IMG/VR virus record: IMGVR_UViG_3300043430_000111
Span: 1-54,535 of that record
Direction: 5' to 3' (one strand)
DNA from: a virus
Taxonomy: Duplodnaviria > Caudoviricetes
Length of the DNA stretch: 54,535 nucleotides
The position numbers and the translations under genes were made by a program. The notes under the pieces are model-generated. The model did not search any database. It worked only from the letters and a program-made list of their open reading frames with translations, and was not told the DNA's origin. This document shows positions 1-8,057 of the stretch, one piece after another. The number at the start of each line of letters is the position of its first letter. The stretch's first letter is position 1.

Positions 1-176
1 GTGACGTGCTCAGGGCTCAGGGCTCAGGGCTCAGGGCTCAGGGGCTCGGCGTGACGTGCTCAGGGCTCAGGGGCTCAGGGGCTCGGCGTGACGTGCTCAG
101 GGCTCAGGGCTCAGGGGCTCGGCGTGACGTGCTCAGGGCTCAGGGGCTCGGCGTGACGTGCTCAGGGGCTCAGGGG
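1..176. repeat. Nested tandem repeat: GTGACGT(GCTCAGG[G])n..GGCTCGGC units
   Basis: GTGACGTGCTCA at 1, 51, 88, 124 and 153, separated by variable numbers of GCTCAGG/GCTCAGGG heptamers. Confidence 0.95.
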
Positions 177-425
177 AGGGGGTATGGTTCAACAAAAGCG
201 CCAAAAACTGACAGAAACGGACAGAAAACCGGCCGGAAGATGCATAGAGTGCTCAATTTTCGAGCAAAAAAGGGGAAAAAATAGGGGTTAACCCCTAGAA
301 AATACCCCCACGGGTATGAAAAATCACCCACCACGGGAACAAGGCCCCACCACACCCGTCGCTCGAAAAACCACCACCCCCTCGATCCCAGGCTCGCGCC
401 ACCAGCGTACAGCACGCCGCGCAGA

Positions 426-499
426 ACCCTGGGGTACACCCCCTCGCCCGTTCAAATTTTTTCTCCACGCACCCTGGGGTACACCCCCTCGCCCGTTCA
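426..499. repeat. 29-bp exact direct repeat
   Basis: ACCCTGGGGTACACCCCCTCGCCCGTTCA at 426-454 and 471-499. Confidence 0.95.
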
Positions 500-553
500 T
501 TTTGCTACAGGCGATTTCCCCTATGCGTCTGTCCTTTCCCATCCCTCCAACGG

Positions 554-883
554 GTGATGAGATTTGTAACAAATCGCGCGTATCGTGATCGCCTTGTTAC
601 AACTTGCATAGCAGTACCCATGCCATCCGAACTCGAAATACTGACCCGATCCATCGTCAACCAAGAGCCCGAAGCGGATGTGATGCGCGTAGCCTGCGCC
701 GTCACCTTGGCAAAAGCGCACTTCATCACGGTCGGTGTGCACGAACTGATCGACCTGCTGGACAAGAGTGCAGCCCTCTACATCGAGAGCATGAGGCTCC
801 CCCCAGATCGCGTGGAGGCGGCGATCCAAGCCCTACAGCGCGCGTCAGAGACCTACCAGTACCTCCAGAGCCTGCCGGAGTGA
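554..883 (+). CDS. Hypothetical phage protein
   Basis: 109-aa ORF with protein-like composition. Confidence 0.6.
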   Translation: MMRFVTNRAYRDRLVTTCIAVPMPSELEILTRSIVNQEPEADVMRVACAVTLAKAHFITVGVHELIDLLDKSAALYIESMRLPPDRVEAAIQALQRASETYQYLQSLPE

Positions 884-967
884 TCGGCGCCCCCTGGGAC
901 CGCCCAGGGGCCTTGCTGGCGCAGTCTGAGGTCTTTGGTGCAGCACCCCGCCCACTCTACGCCCGCA

Positions 968-1204
968 TCAGTGCAGCGGCGGTCCTCCAACCCCAGCCTC
1001 AACGGCTGCGGAATCGACCACCTCGTTGACAGCACGCCGGACGGCCTCGACCGAAGTCTCGTTGCTTGCCAACAGCAGACTGAACCTGTCCTCGGCGCCT
1101 ACGCGCGCCAGGACCATGAACTTGACCCCTGGGTGCTCATCCATGAGACATGCGAGCGCGGCATCAATCGTGTCGTTGATCTCACCCAGGTCATGCTCGC
1201 CCAT
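968..1204 (-). CDS. Hypothetical protein
   Basis: 78-aa ORF overlapping the end of the upstream minus-strand gene. Confidence 0.5.
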   Translation of the reverse strand: MGEHDLGEINDTIDAALACLMDEHPGVKFMVLARVGAEDRFSLLLASNETSVEAVRRAVNEVVDSAAVEAGVGGPPLH

Positions 1205-1712
1205 TTTTCACCCCGCTTTTTGCTGCCGATTTTTCACCGGGATTTTTCACCGGGATTTTTCCTGCGGATTCTTCACCCGGATTTTTCGCCCATGCTTTTT
1301 CCAGTGATTTTTCACCATCATTCTTCACAGGCATGTTTTCTGTTCGTTTTTCAACCAATCCGAGTAAGGCCAATTCTTCGATGATCTGTTCCACCCGGCG
1401 AACCGACATGCCCAAGTAGCTCGAAATCTCTCGCTTCTCGAATTTGCACTCGTACAACCTAGCGATCATTCGCTTTCGGGTGCTGACTTCATACGAACTC
1501 AATTTTGGTATTGCCAACCAGTCGCCACCAAACTCCTTGCTCAGGCGCCGAGCGGCCGGCAAGCCGATGAGCCGAGCGATCACCTGCCCTTCCTCGGCCT
1601 GCTCGGGGACGTAGACATTCGAGATGTCCCCGAACCAGGAACTCAGGTTCAGCGTGGCAGTGAAGCCGACCACTGCGGCCACGTCATCGAGCGTGGTGTT
1701 GCGTACTGTCAT
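1191..1712 (-). CDS. Mor/C-family transcription activator (putative late activator)
   Basis: EFGGDWLAIPK...RKRMIARLY...ISSYLGMSVRRVEQII matches the Mu Mor/C pattern (FGG-x-IP plus C-terminal HTH); AGGAG RBS. Confidence 0.75.
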   Translation of the reverse strand: MTVRNTTLDDVAAVVGFTATLNLSSWFGDISNVYVPEQAEEGQVIARLIGLPAARRLSKEFGGDWLAIPKLSSYEVSTRKRMIARLYECKFEKREISSYLGMSVRRVEQIIEELALLGLVEKRTENMPVKNDGEKSLEKAWAKNPGEESAGKIPVKNPGEKSAAKSGVKNGRA

Positions 1713-1815
1713 CACATCTCCTTTCTCCCCGAGAGGGGCTGCAAAATTCTTGAGCGTTTTTTGCTCAACTTTTTTCTTGGGCGTTTTTCGATCAACTTTT
1801 CCGTCCGGCCTCAGA

Positions 1816-2058
1816 GGTAACGGGTAACGGCAGGTAACGGACTTTTCCTATTCCGCTGGCTCCAGCCATATATAAAAAGCGTAGTGTTTCTACTGCGTAT
1901 TTCTCTCTTTTTTCTCCCATTACCTGACGTTTACTACTTCTCTGTTACCCTGTTACCTATAGAGAGAAAGATAAGTAAAATCAACAACTTAGGTCGGTAA
2001 CAGGGCAACCCGACCACCGTTACCTTTGCGGTTACCTTTCAAGGGTGCCGTTACCTTT
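1816..2058. other. Putative replication origin
   Basis: GGTAAC at 1816, 1823, 1833, 1996 and GTTACC at 1944, 1952, 2019, 2031, 2050 around an AT-rich tract, directly downstream of the primase-helicase. Confidence 0.55.
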
Positions 2059-4665
2059 TCAGCCGAACAAATCGCTCACGTCGTCATGGGCGAGCGTTTC
2101 GTCCAGGTGGCACCTCAAAAACCCGTTGGTAACAGATGCCGTCCCGACCGCCACTCCCTTGACCCAAGTGCGCCTCGGCTCGCCCCTCCACTTGATGAGA
2201 TAGGGCACTTTGACCCACCCCATCTTCATGAGCACCTTCGCCACCGAGTACCACTTGACCTCGATTTCCGGGTTGATCTCCCTCACCGCGCGGGTCAGGT
2301 AGGAGGTCACGATCACGTTCTTGCCGATCCCCAAGCCACCTGCTTCCAGGGCTGCGATGACGGCATCTTCCTCGTCGCTCAGGCCCATCGAGATCATGGA
2401 TTTCTTCTCGTCGGTGGCCGGAGCCGAGCCGTTCGGCTTGAAGGATTCGGGGATCGGGAAGTCGAGAAACCACTTACGAATCTCACTACCGAAACACTCA
2501 ATCGCATCAAACAACGCATCGAAGTACGCGCCAGCATCGCCGCCGAGCGCTTCCAGCAACTGCTCCCTATCGGTAAACGGTGTGAACACGATGAACCAAC
2601 GCCGGTCTGTGTCGCCAATCGGCAACGCATCTGAGTGGTTCGTGAAGGCGATGTAGTTCATGGTGTTGACCACGTTGTACTCATCCTTCCCCTTCGCGTG
2701 CACAGGGACGCTGTTGTTTGTCACATACGGTTTGAGCGCATTGAGGATGTCATGCCTGTTGTGGCCGGTGAGCTTTATTTCCTCCAGCACCCCGACACAA
2801 GCCCCGTGTGCCCATCCGGTGAAGTCTGTGCCGAGCACTTTGGGTGAGATGTCCTTGACGTTGGCTTGCCCCAGAGCGGCCACCATGATCCGACCGATGA
2901 CGGTCTTGCCGTCCCCTTCGATCCCCTTGATGAGCGGCGCCCAGCGCACCTTCACACCCGGCTTCTGGACTTGGTGAGCCATCCAGGACAGGATGATCTG
3001 CACAACGTCCGTGCGGCCACCTGCGATGATGTTGAGGTGCCTGCGGATGAGGTTGATGGCGTTTTTGCCACCGGCTGTGAAGGCTTCGGCTGTTTTGGGC
3101 AGGCTCGACGGCTTGAACGAGTTGACGTACTTCACCCCACATGTCTCAAAGAGGCGGTCGGCCCACGGCAGGTACAAGGAGCGCGTCACGGTCTCGATTT
3201 GCACGTCTTCGAGGGCGATCCACGAGGCCGACTTGCTGACCTCACCTTCGTCATTGGCGACGAAGCGGTTGTAGCGCGCGTTGAACGCCTGCATGGTCAG
3301 TCTCTCGTCGGTCTCCAGGTGCACGAACTGATCGCTGTCGGTCTCGTAGACGTAGTTCTCGCACCAACCCGGCGTCTTGCGTTCGGCAGTGAGCCTCACC
3401 GGCGCAACAAGCTGGCGGCAAGCCGCGATGGGCAATTTTTCCCCCAGGCTCAGGAACCGCTCTTTCAGCATCTCCGCAAGAGCGGCCCGGTCCACGTCGG
3501 ACAGCCGCTTGTCCTTGGAGATGCCGTGGCACACCTTCTCTCGCAGTTGAAAGTCATCTGGCGATTCCGCGATGGCTTTTTTCCACGCGGCTTTTGCCTC
3601 GTACTTCTCCAGGGAGCGCACCTCGCGTGCTTGTTCAACCGCAGCCGCAGCCTGCTCGATCACCTCCACTGGCACGTCATCGAAGCCGTCCGCATTGACG
3701 CCGGTGGTGTCTTGCCACCCCGACCTCTCGGCCTGGGCGTAGAGCGTGGCGCGCGTGATGGCACGACCTCGACCTTCGCCACCCTTGATGTAAGGCCACA
3801 CGCGATCTGCAAAGAACTTCTGCTCGTGCTTGGGGTTCTGAGCGGACCACTCGGAGAACAACTCGAAGCCGTCCTCGGAGCCACCAGTGGCTTCGTGCAC
3901 AGCGAACGCGAGGTCGCGCCACTGATCGTAGTCGGGTCCGTTCGCCTCGCTGTCGTTGGGGATGGAGAACAAGGCGTTGCGCACGCGCTCCAGGCTTTCA
4001 CCCCCACCGGTGCCGCTCGCCTCTACGGTGGGGCGCTCCAGCTTGGGGACGGGCTCGCTCGTGGACCAGTCAACCTGAGTAACCCACTCCCGCCCCATTG
4101 GGGTGAGACCGAGCAGTTCGTCCAGCGGCTCGGACTTGCCGGCCAGCGGCAAGATGAACTGGTTGCCATACTCACCAACGGCCACCTCGTCCTGCTTGGG
4201 GAACACCTCAACTTGACCCTTGGCGATGCCACCGGCACCGCTCTTGATGTCGACCGTCGAGAGCACCCCGAACATGGCTTGGCGCACGCAGTAGGCGTCC
4301 TGGGGCTCATCCCACAGCACGTAGATGTGCAAGCCGTTGCCGCCACTGGAGCGAAACGGGATGCCGCGGTAGCCGTCGAGCGTGAGCGCGTCGAGCAGGC
4401 CCTGTGCGACGGTGCACATCTCGTCCCACGGGGTCTGCCCCTTGTGGCTGTCCAGGTCGAACAGCGCCAGCCTCGTCGTGGACTCCCCGGCCTGGATGGG
4501 GCACACGCCACGCGCCGGCCCACCGGTGAGGTGCTGCCGCAAGCGTTCCTTGGTGAGGGGGTCGTTCGTCCAGCGTGATGAGCCGTCTGCGACCTTGACC
4601 GCAGACACGTCCCGTCTGACGCGGGAGAGGATTGGCTTGAGTGCGTCGATGAGGCGGTCTGTCAT
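2059..4665 (-). CDS. Primase-polymerase (AEP) / PriCT-2 / SF3-like helicase (DUF5906)
   Basis: FDLD and SSGGNGLHIY primase motifs, YDQW..L PriCT-2 segment, Walker A GIEGDGKT, Walker B VGVLEE; ATG at 4665 with GGAGG RBS. Confidence 0.9.
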   Translation of the reverse strand: MTDRLIDALKPILSRVRRDVSAVKVADGSSRWTNDPLTKERLRQHLTGGPARGVCPIQAGESTTRLALFDLDSHKGQTPWDEMCTVAQGLLDALTLDGYRGIPFRSSGGNGLHIYVLWDEPQDAYCVRQAMFGVLSTVDIKSGAGGIAKGQVEVFPKQDEVAVGEYGNQFILPLAGKSEPLDELLGLTPMGREWVTQVDWSTSEPVPKLERPTVEASGTGGGESLERVRNALFSIPNDSEANGPDYDQWRDLAFAVHEATGGSEDGFELFSEWSAQNPKHEQKFFADRVWPYIKGGEGRGRAITRATLYAQAERSGWQDTTGVNADGFDDVPVEVIEQAAAAVEQAREVRSLEKYEAKAAWKKAIAESPDDFQLREKVCHGISKDKRLSDVDRAALAEMLKERFLSLGEKLPIAACRQLVAPVRLTAERKTPGWCENYVYETDSDQFVHLETDERLTMQAFNARYNRFVANDEGEVSKSASWIALEDVQIETVTRSLYLPWADRLFETCGVKYVNSFKPSSLPKTAEAFTAGGKNAINLIRRHLNIIAGGRTDVVQIILSWMAHQVQKPGVKVRWAPLIKGIEGDGKTVIGRIMVAALGQANVKDISPKVLGTDFTGWAHGACVGVLEEIKLTGHNRHDILNALKPYVTNNSVPVHAKGKDEYNVVNTMNYIAFTNHSDALPIGDTDRRWFIVFTPFTDREQLLEALGGDAGAYFDALFDAIECFGSEIRKWFLDFPIPESFKPNGSAPATDEKKSMISMGLSDEEDAVIAALEAGGLGIGKNVIVTSYLTRAVREINPEIEVKWYSVAKVLMKMGWVKVPYLIKWRGEPRRTWVKGVAVGTASVTNGFLRCHLDETLAHDDVSDLFG

Positions 4666-4844
4666 CCGACCTCCCCCGCCGCACCGTAGCGGCACAGGTA
4701 GAGCTTGGCGCACAGGCGCACAAAGGTGATGTCTTCTCGGTACTTCTCAACAAGCCCATCGTAATCTGGGCTGTTGGGACTGTCGGCCTCGGCCGCAGCG
4801 ATGCGGGTTTCTTCGGCAACGAAGTCTTCAAAGGAAGGTGTCAT
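4662..4844 (-). CDS. Small hypothetical protein coupled to primase
   Basis: 60-aa ORF whose stop overlaps the primase start (ATGA). Confidence 0.6.
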   Translation of the reverse strand: MTPSFEDFVAEETRIAAAEADSPNSPDYDGLVEKYREDITFVRLCAKLYLCRYGAAGEVG

Positions 4845-4940
4845 GGGCTGGCGGGCCTTTGGGTTACGCCCTCTGGTGGGGACCGTTCAAAAGCGCCAGC
4901 CCTCCCTCGTGCTCAGAACACGAGGTGAACGGCCCCCACC
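4845..4940 (-). promoter_or_regulatory. Structured 5' leader (nested hairpins plus possible pseudoknot)
   Basis: 4875-4889 pairs with 4926-4940; 4905-4911 pairs with 4919-4925; 4894-4902 is complementary to 4845-4853. Confidence 0.55.
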
Positions 4941-4987
4941 GCAGGACTCTGAGGTAGGTGTCTTGTAGGCTGGCTGCGACAATTCTA

Positions 4988-5003
4988 TGTCGCAAACGCC
5001 AAA
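4988..5003. promoter_or_regulatory. Putative operator (degenerate 16-bp dyad)
   Basis: TGTCGCA-AA-CGCCAAA; part of a 21-bp exact repeat shared with 42597-42617; adjacent to a minus-strand TAGAAT. Confidence 0.5.
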
Positions 5004-5013
5004 CGCCAGTTAC

Positions 5014-5283
5014 TTACATCAGAACGCTGTCGTCAATTGGCAACGGGCACATGGTCGCCAATTCTTCGATGCTGATCTTTGGCACTCGCCCGCGTGTGCG
5101 GGCGTGCATGACGGCAATAGCCTCTACGATGCGCAGCCCCTTGAGTAGGGTGGTGCCTGTACGCTCGCATCCCGCGAGTTGGTAGAGGTAGTTGCGCTTT
5201 GTACCCGACATGCGGGCCAACTCGTTCTGTTCATCCACGGTGCACCGACGTAGGACTTCGAGCAGCGGGGTGGGCGTTTTCAT
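5014..5283 (-). CDS. Cro-like HTH protein
   Basis: QNELARMSGTKRNYLYQL HTH; divergent from the repressor-like gene. Confidence 0.7.
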   Translation of the reverse strand: MKTPTPLLEVLRRCTVDEQNELARMSGTKRNYLYQLAGCERTGTTLLKGLRIVEAIAVMHARTRGRVPKISIEELATMCPLPIDDSVLM

Positions 5284-5293
5284 GCTTTACAGT

Positions 5294-5307
5294 TTCGCAT
5301 TTGCGAA
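5294..5307. promoter_or_regulatory. Putative operator palindrome
   Basis: TTCGCA-TT-TGCGAA between divergent HTH genes; recurs at 20946 and 54379. Confidence 0.65.
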
Positions 5308-5376
5308 GCCTATTTACAACCCTGCGCCTAAATGGTAATGTTGCTGAACACATACGCGCGTAATGGAGAGCACCAA

Positions 5377-5805
5377 ATGGACAACAGACTCATCAACCTT
5401 CGGGAGATCGTGCGACAGCGCGGTGGCGTGTCTCAACTGTCGCGGGACATGGGCTACAGCAACCCTTCGTTCCTGTCGCAAATGCTCGGGCCGAACCCAA
5501 CGCGGCTGGTGACGGAGAAGACGGCTCGCAAGTTCGAGAAGCTGCTAGGCATCCCTCTCGGCACGCTCGACCGCGAACCGGGTGAGGCGGCTCAGGCGCC
5601 GGTTGACGCAAGCGTGCAGCACAGCACCTCGGAGATGGTGGCGCACGTCATCCGTGTGGTCGGCAGAGCGTGCGACGAAGAATCTGCCCAGCCGAACACG
5701 GAGAAGTTCGCCAACGCGGTGGCACTGGCTTACCTAGATGCCGCGGAGCACGGCGGGCAGGTTCGGGAGGATCACGTCAAGCAGTTGGTGCGTCTGCTCA
5801 AGTGA
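5377..5805 (+). CDS. CI-like HTH repressor (no S24 peptidase domain evident)
   Basis: GGVSQLSRDMGYSNPSFLSQML...EKTARKFEKLLG; GGAG RBS before 5377. Confidence 0.75.
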   Translation: MDNRLINLREIVRQRGGVSQLSRDMGYSNPSFLSQMLGPNPTRLVTEKTARKFEKLLGIPLGTLDREPGEAAQAPVDASVQHSTSEMVAHVIRVVGRACDEESAQPNTEKFANAVALAYLDAAEHGGQVREDHVKQLVRLLK

Positions 5806-6088
5806 GTCGGCGGATGGCGTTTTCACACTGCCCTACCGGGTACGCACCCACTCGGTCTTGAACGATGGCACCGATACGCTCACATTCGCGCGCTGCGGCA
5901 TCGACACCGGCCTGCCAGCCCCACCACGCCGCGTTGAACATCTGCACACCATAGTTGCCGTTCTCGTCTTTCCAGAACAGAGCATCGGGGGTGCCATCTC
6001 CTTCGGCGTTGTGGTCTGTTTTGCCAGCGGCTTTTCGCTGCAAATAGTGCTCGTATGCGGCCTTCTCGAAGGCTTGTCGGTTGCTCAT
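5798..6088 (-). CDS. Hypothetical phage protein
   Basis: RQAFE...AWWGWQA motif typical of small phage early proteins; coupled to upstream gene. Confidence 0.75.
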   Translation of the reverse strand: MSNRQAFEKAAYEHYLQRKAAGKTDHNAEGDGTPDALFWKDENGNYGVQMFNAAWWGWQAGVDAAARECERIGAIVQDRVGAYPVGQCENAIRRLT

Positions 6089-6321
6089 ATCTTCTCGCTT
6101 TCAACCTTGAGGATCACGCTTTTTGCTGTCGTGTAAGCCTCCCTCGCCCGATCTAATTTTGTCTCGACGTAGTTGCGACCGTAAGAGCCGGCCTGCTTGA
6201 AGTATTCAGCCTCCACCATTTGGAGTGCCATCTTCAATGCGACAAGCAACTCGTCACGTTGTTGCTGCAACCTAGCGATCCGGCTGCTTTGCTGCTGCGT
6301 GGTTGACATCGGTCTGATCAT
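6085..6321 (-). CDS. Hypothetical protein
   Basis: ATGA overlaps with neighbours; QRDELL coiled-coil motif. Confidence 0.7.
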   Translation of the reverse strand: MIRPMSTTQQQSSRIARLQQQRDELLVALKMALQMVEAEYFKQAGSYGRNYVETKLDRAREAYTTAKSVILKVESEKI

Positions 6322-6524
6322 TGGACCTCCTGCGGGTCAAATATCGGCATGGGGTGGTAGTGGGTAAAGAACCCGCTGCTGTCCACAGTGCCGATGGATG
6401 CGCTCTTGGCTTCGCGGTTGATGAGGAAGCACTTCACCCCTCGCGGGGTATCTGAGGTGATCGGCTTCCAGTACGTCTTTGGGTCAACCAAAGCCGTGTG
6501 CGTTGAGTCTAGTTTTTCAGTCAT
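6318..6524 (-). CDS. Hypothetical protein (W-PI--TP-G..THY-P-P type)
   Basis: Coupled ORF with a DUF551-like phage motif. Confidence 0.7.
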   Translation of the reverse strand: MTEKLDSTHTALVDPKTYWKPITSDTPRGVKCFLINREAKSASIGTVDSSGFFTHYHPMPIFDPQEVQ

Positions 6525-6649
6525 GACTGGTTGGGTGTGTAAGGGTGGTCAGGTTCTGGTTGCGGGTATTCTTCCGGCGCATCCAGTTCGTCGTCGCGGT
6601 CGTCTTGCCAGCGGCGGCTCCATGCCGCTTTTGTGTCGGGCTGGCTCAT
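6521..6649 (-). CDS. 42-aa hypothetical protein (not in the ORF track)
   Basis: MSQPDTKAAW...YTPNQS*, with ATGA overlaps on both sides. Confidence 0.6.
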   Translation of the reverse strand: MSQPDTKAAWSRRWQDDRDDELDAPEEYPQPEPDHPYTPNQS

Positions 6650-6804
6650 GGCTTCGGCTCCTTCAGAATCTGCGCTTCCAGCCACGTCACCATGCTGCGC
6701 AGATCGTCATGCAGGTAATCGGGGAGTCGGTTTCCGCTGGAAAGGCCCCACGACTCAAGCGCACTCAGCAGGCGCATCTGGGCGAGTATGTATTTTTTGT
6801 CCAT
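6646..6804 (-). CDS. Hypothetical protein
   Basis: MDKKYIL... ORF coupled to the downstream gene. Confidence 0.65.
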   Translation of the reverse strand: MDKKYILAQMRLLSALESWGLSSGNRLPDYLHDDLRSMVTWLEAQILKEPKP

Positions 6805-6856
6805 GTGTGCTTTCTGTGTGGATGGCCCAGTGAGGGCCATCGTTATCAGGCGGTTT

Positions 6857-6879
6857 GTGACGCCTAATAACGGTTAGGC
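6857..6879 (+). mobile_element. Minimal R-box hairpin / cassette insertion point (attI- or attG-like)
   Basis: GCCTAAT-AACG-GTTAGGC; the GTTRRRY core at 6873-6879 starts cassette 1. Confidence 0.65.
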
Positions 6880-7179
6880 CCTAACATCCCTGCGCACTGC
6901 GGCACGCATCTGTGCCGCGCCATCGGCAATCGTCACCTCACCAAGGCAGTGAGACAGCGCGCCCGTCAGACCGCTTTGCATGGGCATCGTGAGCATTGCC
7001 ACGCGGGCCAGCAGCTCAGGCAGCGGCACTTCAAAGCCGTCGCCAAGATCAACGATGGATTCACAGGCCTGCTGCGACATCTCGAAGTAGGCGTCATCGT
7101 CACTGCGGATGTGCTCGGGGTACAGCAGGCGCAGCAACTCGTGCATTTCCAGATCGTCAAGTGGGTGCGGTTTCTTCAT
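6874..7179 (-). CDS. Cassette 1 hypothetical protein
   Basis: 101 aa; GAGAGGA RBS; TAA stop inside the GTTAGGC core. Confidence 0.85.
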   Translation of the reverse strand: MKKPHPLDDLEMHELLRLLYPEHIRSDDDAYFEMSQQACESIVDLGDGFEVPLPELLARVAMLTMPMQSGLTGALSHCLGEVTIADGAAQMRAAVRRDVRA

Positions 7180-7208
7180 GTTGGTCCTCTCGTCGTTGTG
7201 GCTGCATG

Positions 7209-7262
7209 GCCTAACCGTTCGCTCAAGCGGACGCAGAGCGCCGCTTAGCTGTCTGGTTAGGC
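7209..7262 (+). mobile_element. attC site 1
   Basis: GCCTAAC-CGTTC-GCT(C)AAGCGG(A)CGC-AGA-GCGCCGCTTAGC-TGTCTG-GTTAGGC: R''/L''/L'/R' boxes with two extrahelical bases. Confidence 0.92.
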
Positions 7263-7631
7263 CCCAAACGCATCGCGTCGCATCTCTTCATGCCACTCGG
7301 CCCGCCGATCGTCTTGACGGAGCGATGCCGCGTCGGGCTCGTGCAACTCGGGGGGTTGAAGTTGTGCGCTAGACCATTCTTCGGCGTCAAAGTCGGCCAG
7401 TTCTTCGGCGTGTTCTTCGGCGCCATGCGGCCACTCGATGACTTGCGCTTTGCATTGGTCGACGGTCACCGCCCACTGAGACAATTTCTCGGGGTTTTTG
7501 TCGAAGAACCCCTGCATGTCCTTGTTGTGGCGCGCCGCCATGTGTTCGGCCATGGCGCGGCTTGGTGCAGCGTGAAGATCATCAGGACCGGGGATGCGAA
7601 TGCACCAGAGTCCTTCTGTTGTTTGGTTCAT
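7257..7631 (-). CDS. Cassette 2 hypothetical protein
   Basis: 124 aa; GAGAGGA RBS; TAA stop inside the R' box of attC1. Confidence 0.85.
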   Translation of the reverse strand: MNQTTEGLWCIRIPGPDDLHAAPSRAMAEHMAARHNKDMQGFFDKNPEKLSQWAVTVDQCKAQVIEWPHGAEEHAEELADFDAEEWSSAQLQPPELHEPDAASLRQDDRRAEWHEEMRRDAFGA

Positions 7632-7660
7632 GTCGTTCCTCTCGTCGTTGTGGCCACCAG

Positions 7661-7717
7661 GCCTAACCGGGCGCTCAAGCGGACGCCTTCGGCGCGCGCT
7701 TAGCTGTCTGGTTAGGC
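7661..7717 (+). mobile_element. attC site 2
   Basis: GCCTAAC-CGGGC-GCTCAAGCGGACGCC-TTC-GGCGCGCGCTTAGC-TGTCTG-GTTAGGC. Confidence 0.9.
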
Positions 7718-7975
7718 GTCACTTGGCTTGCCGCCGCATCGCTCACTCATGCAGTACGTCAAGCGGCCTAGTTCCGTCAAGCCGTAGCCTTCCACGGTGC
7801 AGGGCAACGGTCCATTCATGCGTTCGGACACCTTGCGCAACAGACCATCAGCTACCAACGCATCGGCGCGCTTCTTGGCCTTGGTCTGCATCATGTATAG
7901 CGGGCTCTTGTTCATGGCCGCTTCAACTTCCGCCGAAAACGCCCGTTCAAGAAGGTCAAGGTCTTTGCTGTTCAT
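7712..7975 (-). CDS. Cassette 3 protein, possible winged-helix
   Basis: 87 aa; ADALVADGLL...YGLTELGR resembles a wHTH wing; GAGG RBS; stop in the R' box of attC2. Confidence 0.8.
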   Translation of the reverse strand: MNSKDLDLLERAFSAEVEAAMNKSPLYMMQTKAKKRADALVADGLLRKVSERMNGPLPCTVEGYGLTELGRLTYCMSERCGGKPSDA

Positions 7976-8002
7976 CGGTTTCCTCTTCGTTCATCACGTA
8001 AC

Positions 8003-8057
8003 GCCTAACCGCCAGTTCAACCGGACGCCAAGGCGCCGGTTAACTTATTGGTTAGGC
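8003..8057 (+). mobile_element. attC site 3
   Basis: GCCTAAC-CGCCA-GTT(C)AACCGG(A)CGCC-AA-GGCGCCGGTTAAC-TTATTG-GTTAGGC; compensatory changes relative to attC1. Confidence 0.92.

Noticed and set aside
6-284. 92-aa repetitive ORF at the left end
   Set aside because: It is a translation of the tandem repeat with no supporting signals
2866-4578. Long antisense ORFs (also 13749-15155, 40056-41177, 48979-50244)
   Set aside because: They are shadows of well-supported genes in high-GC DNA
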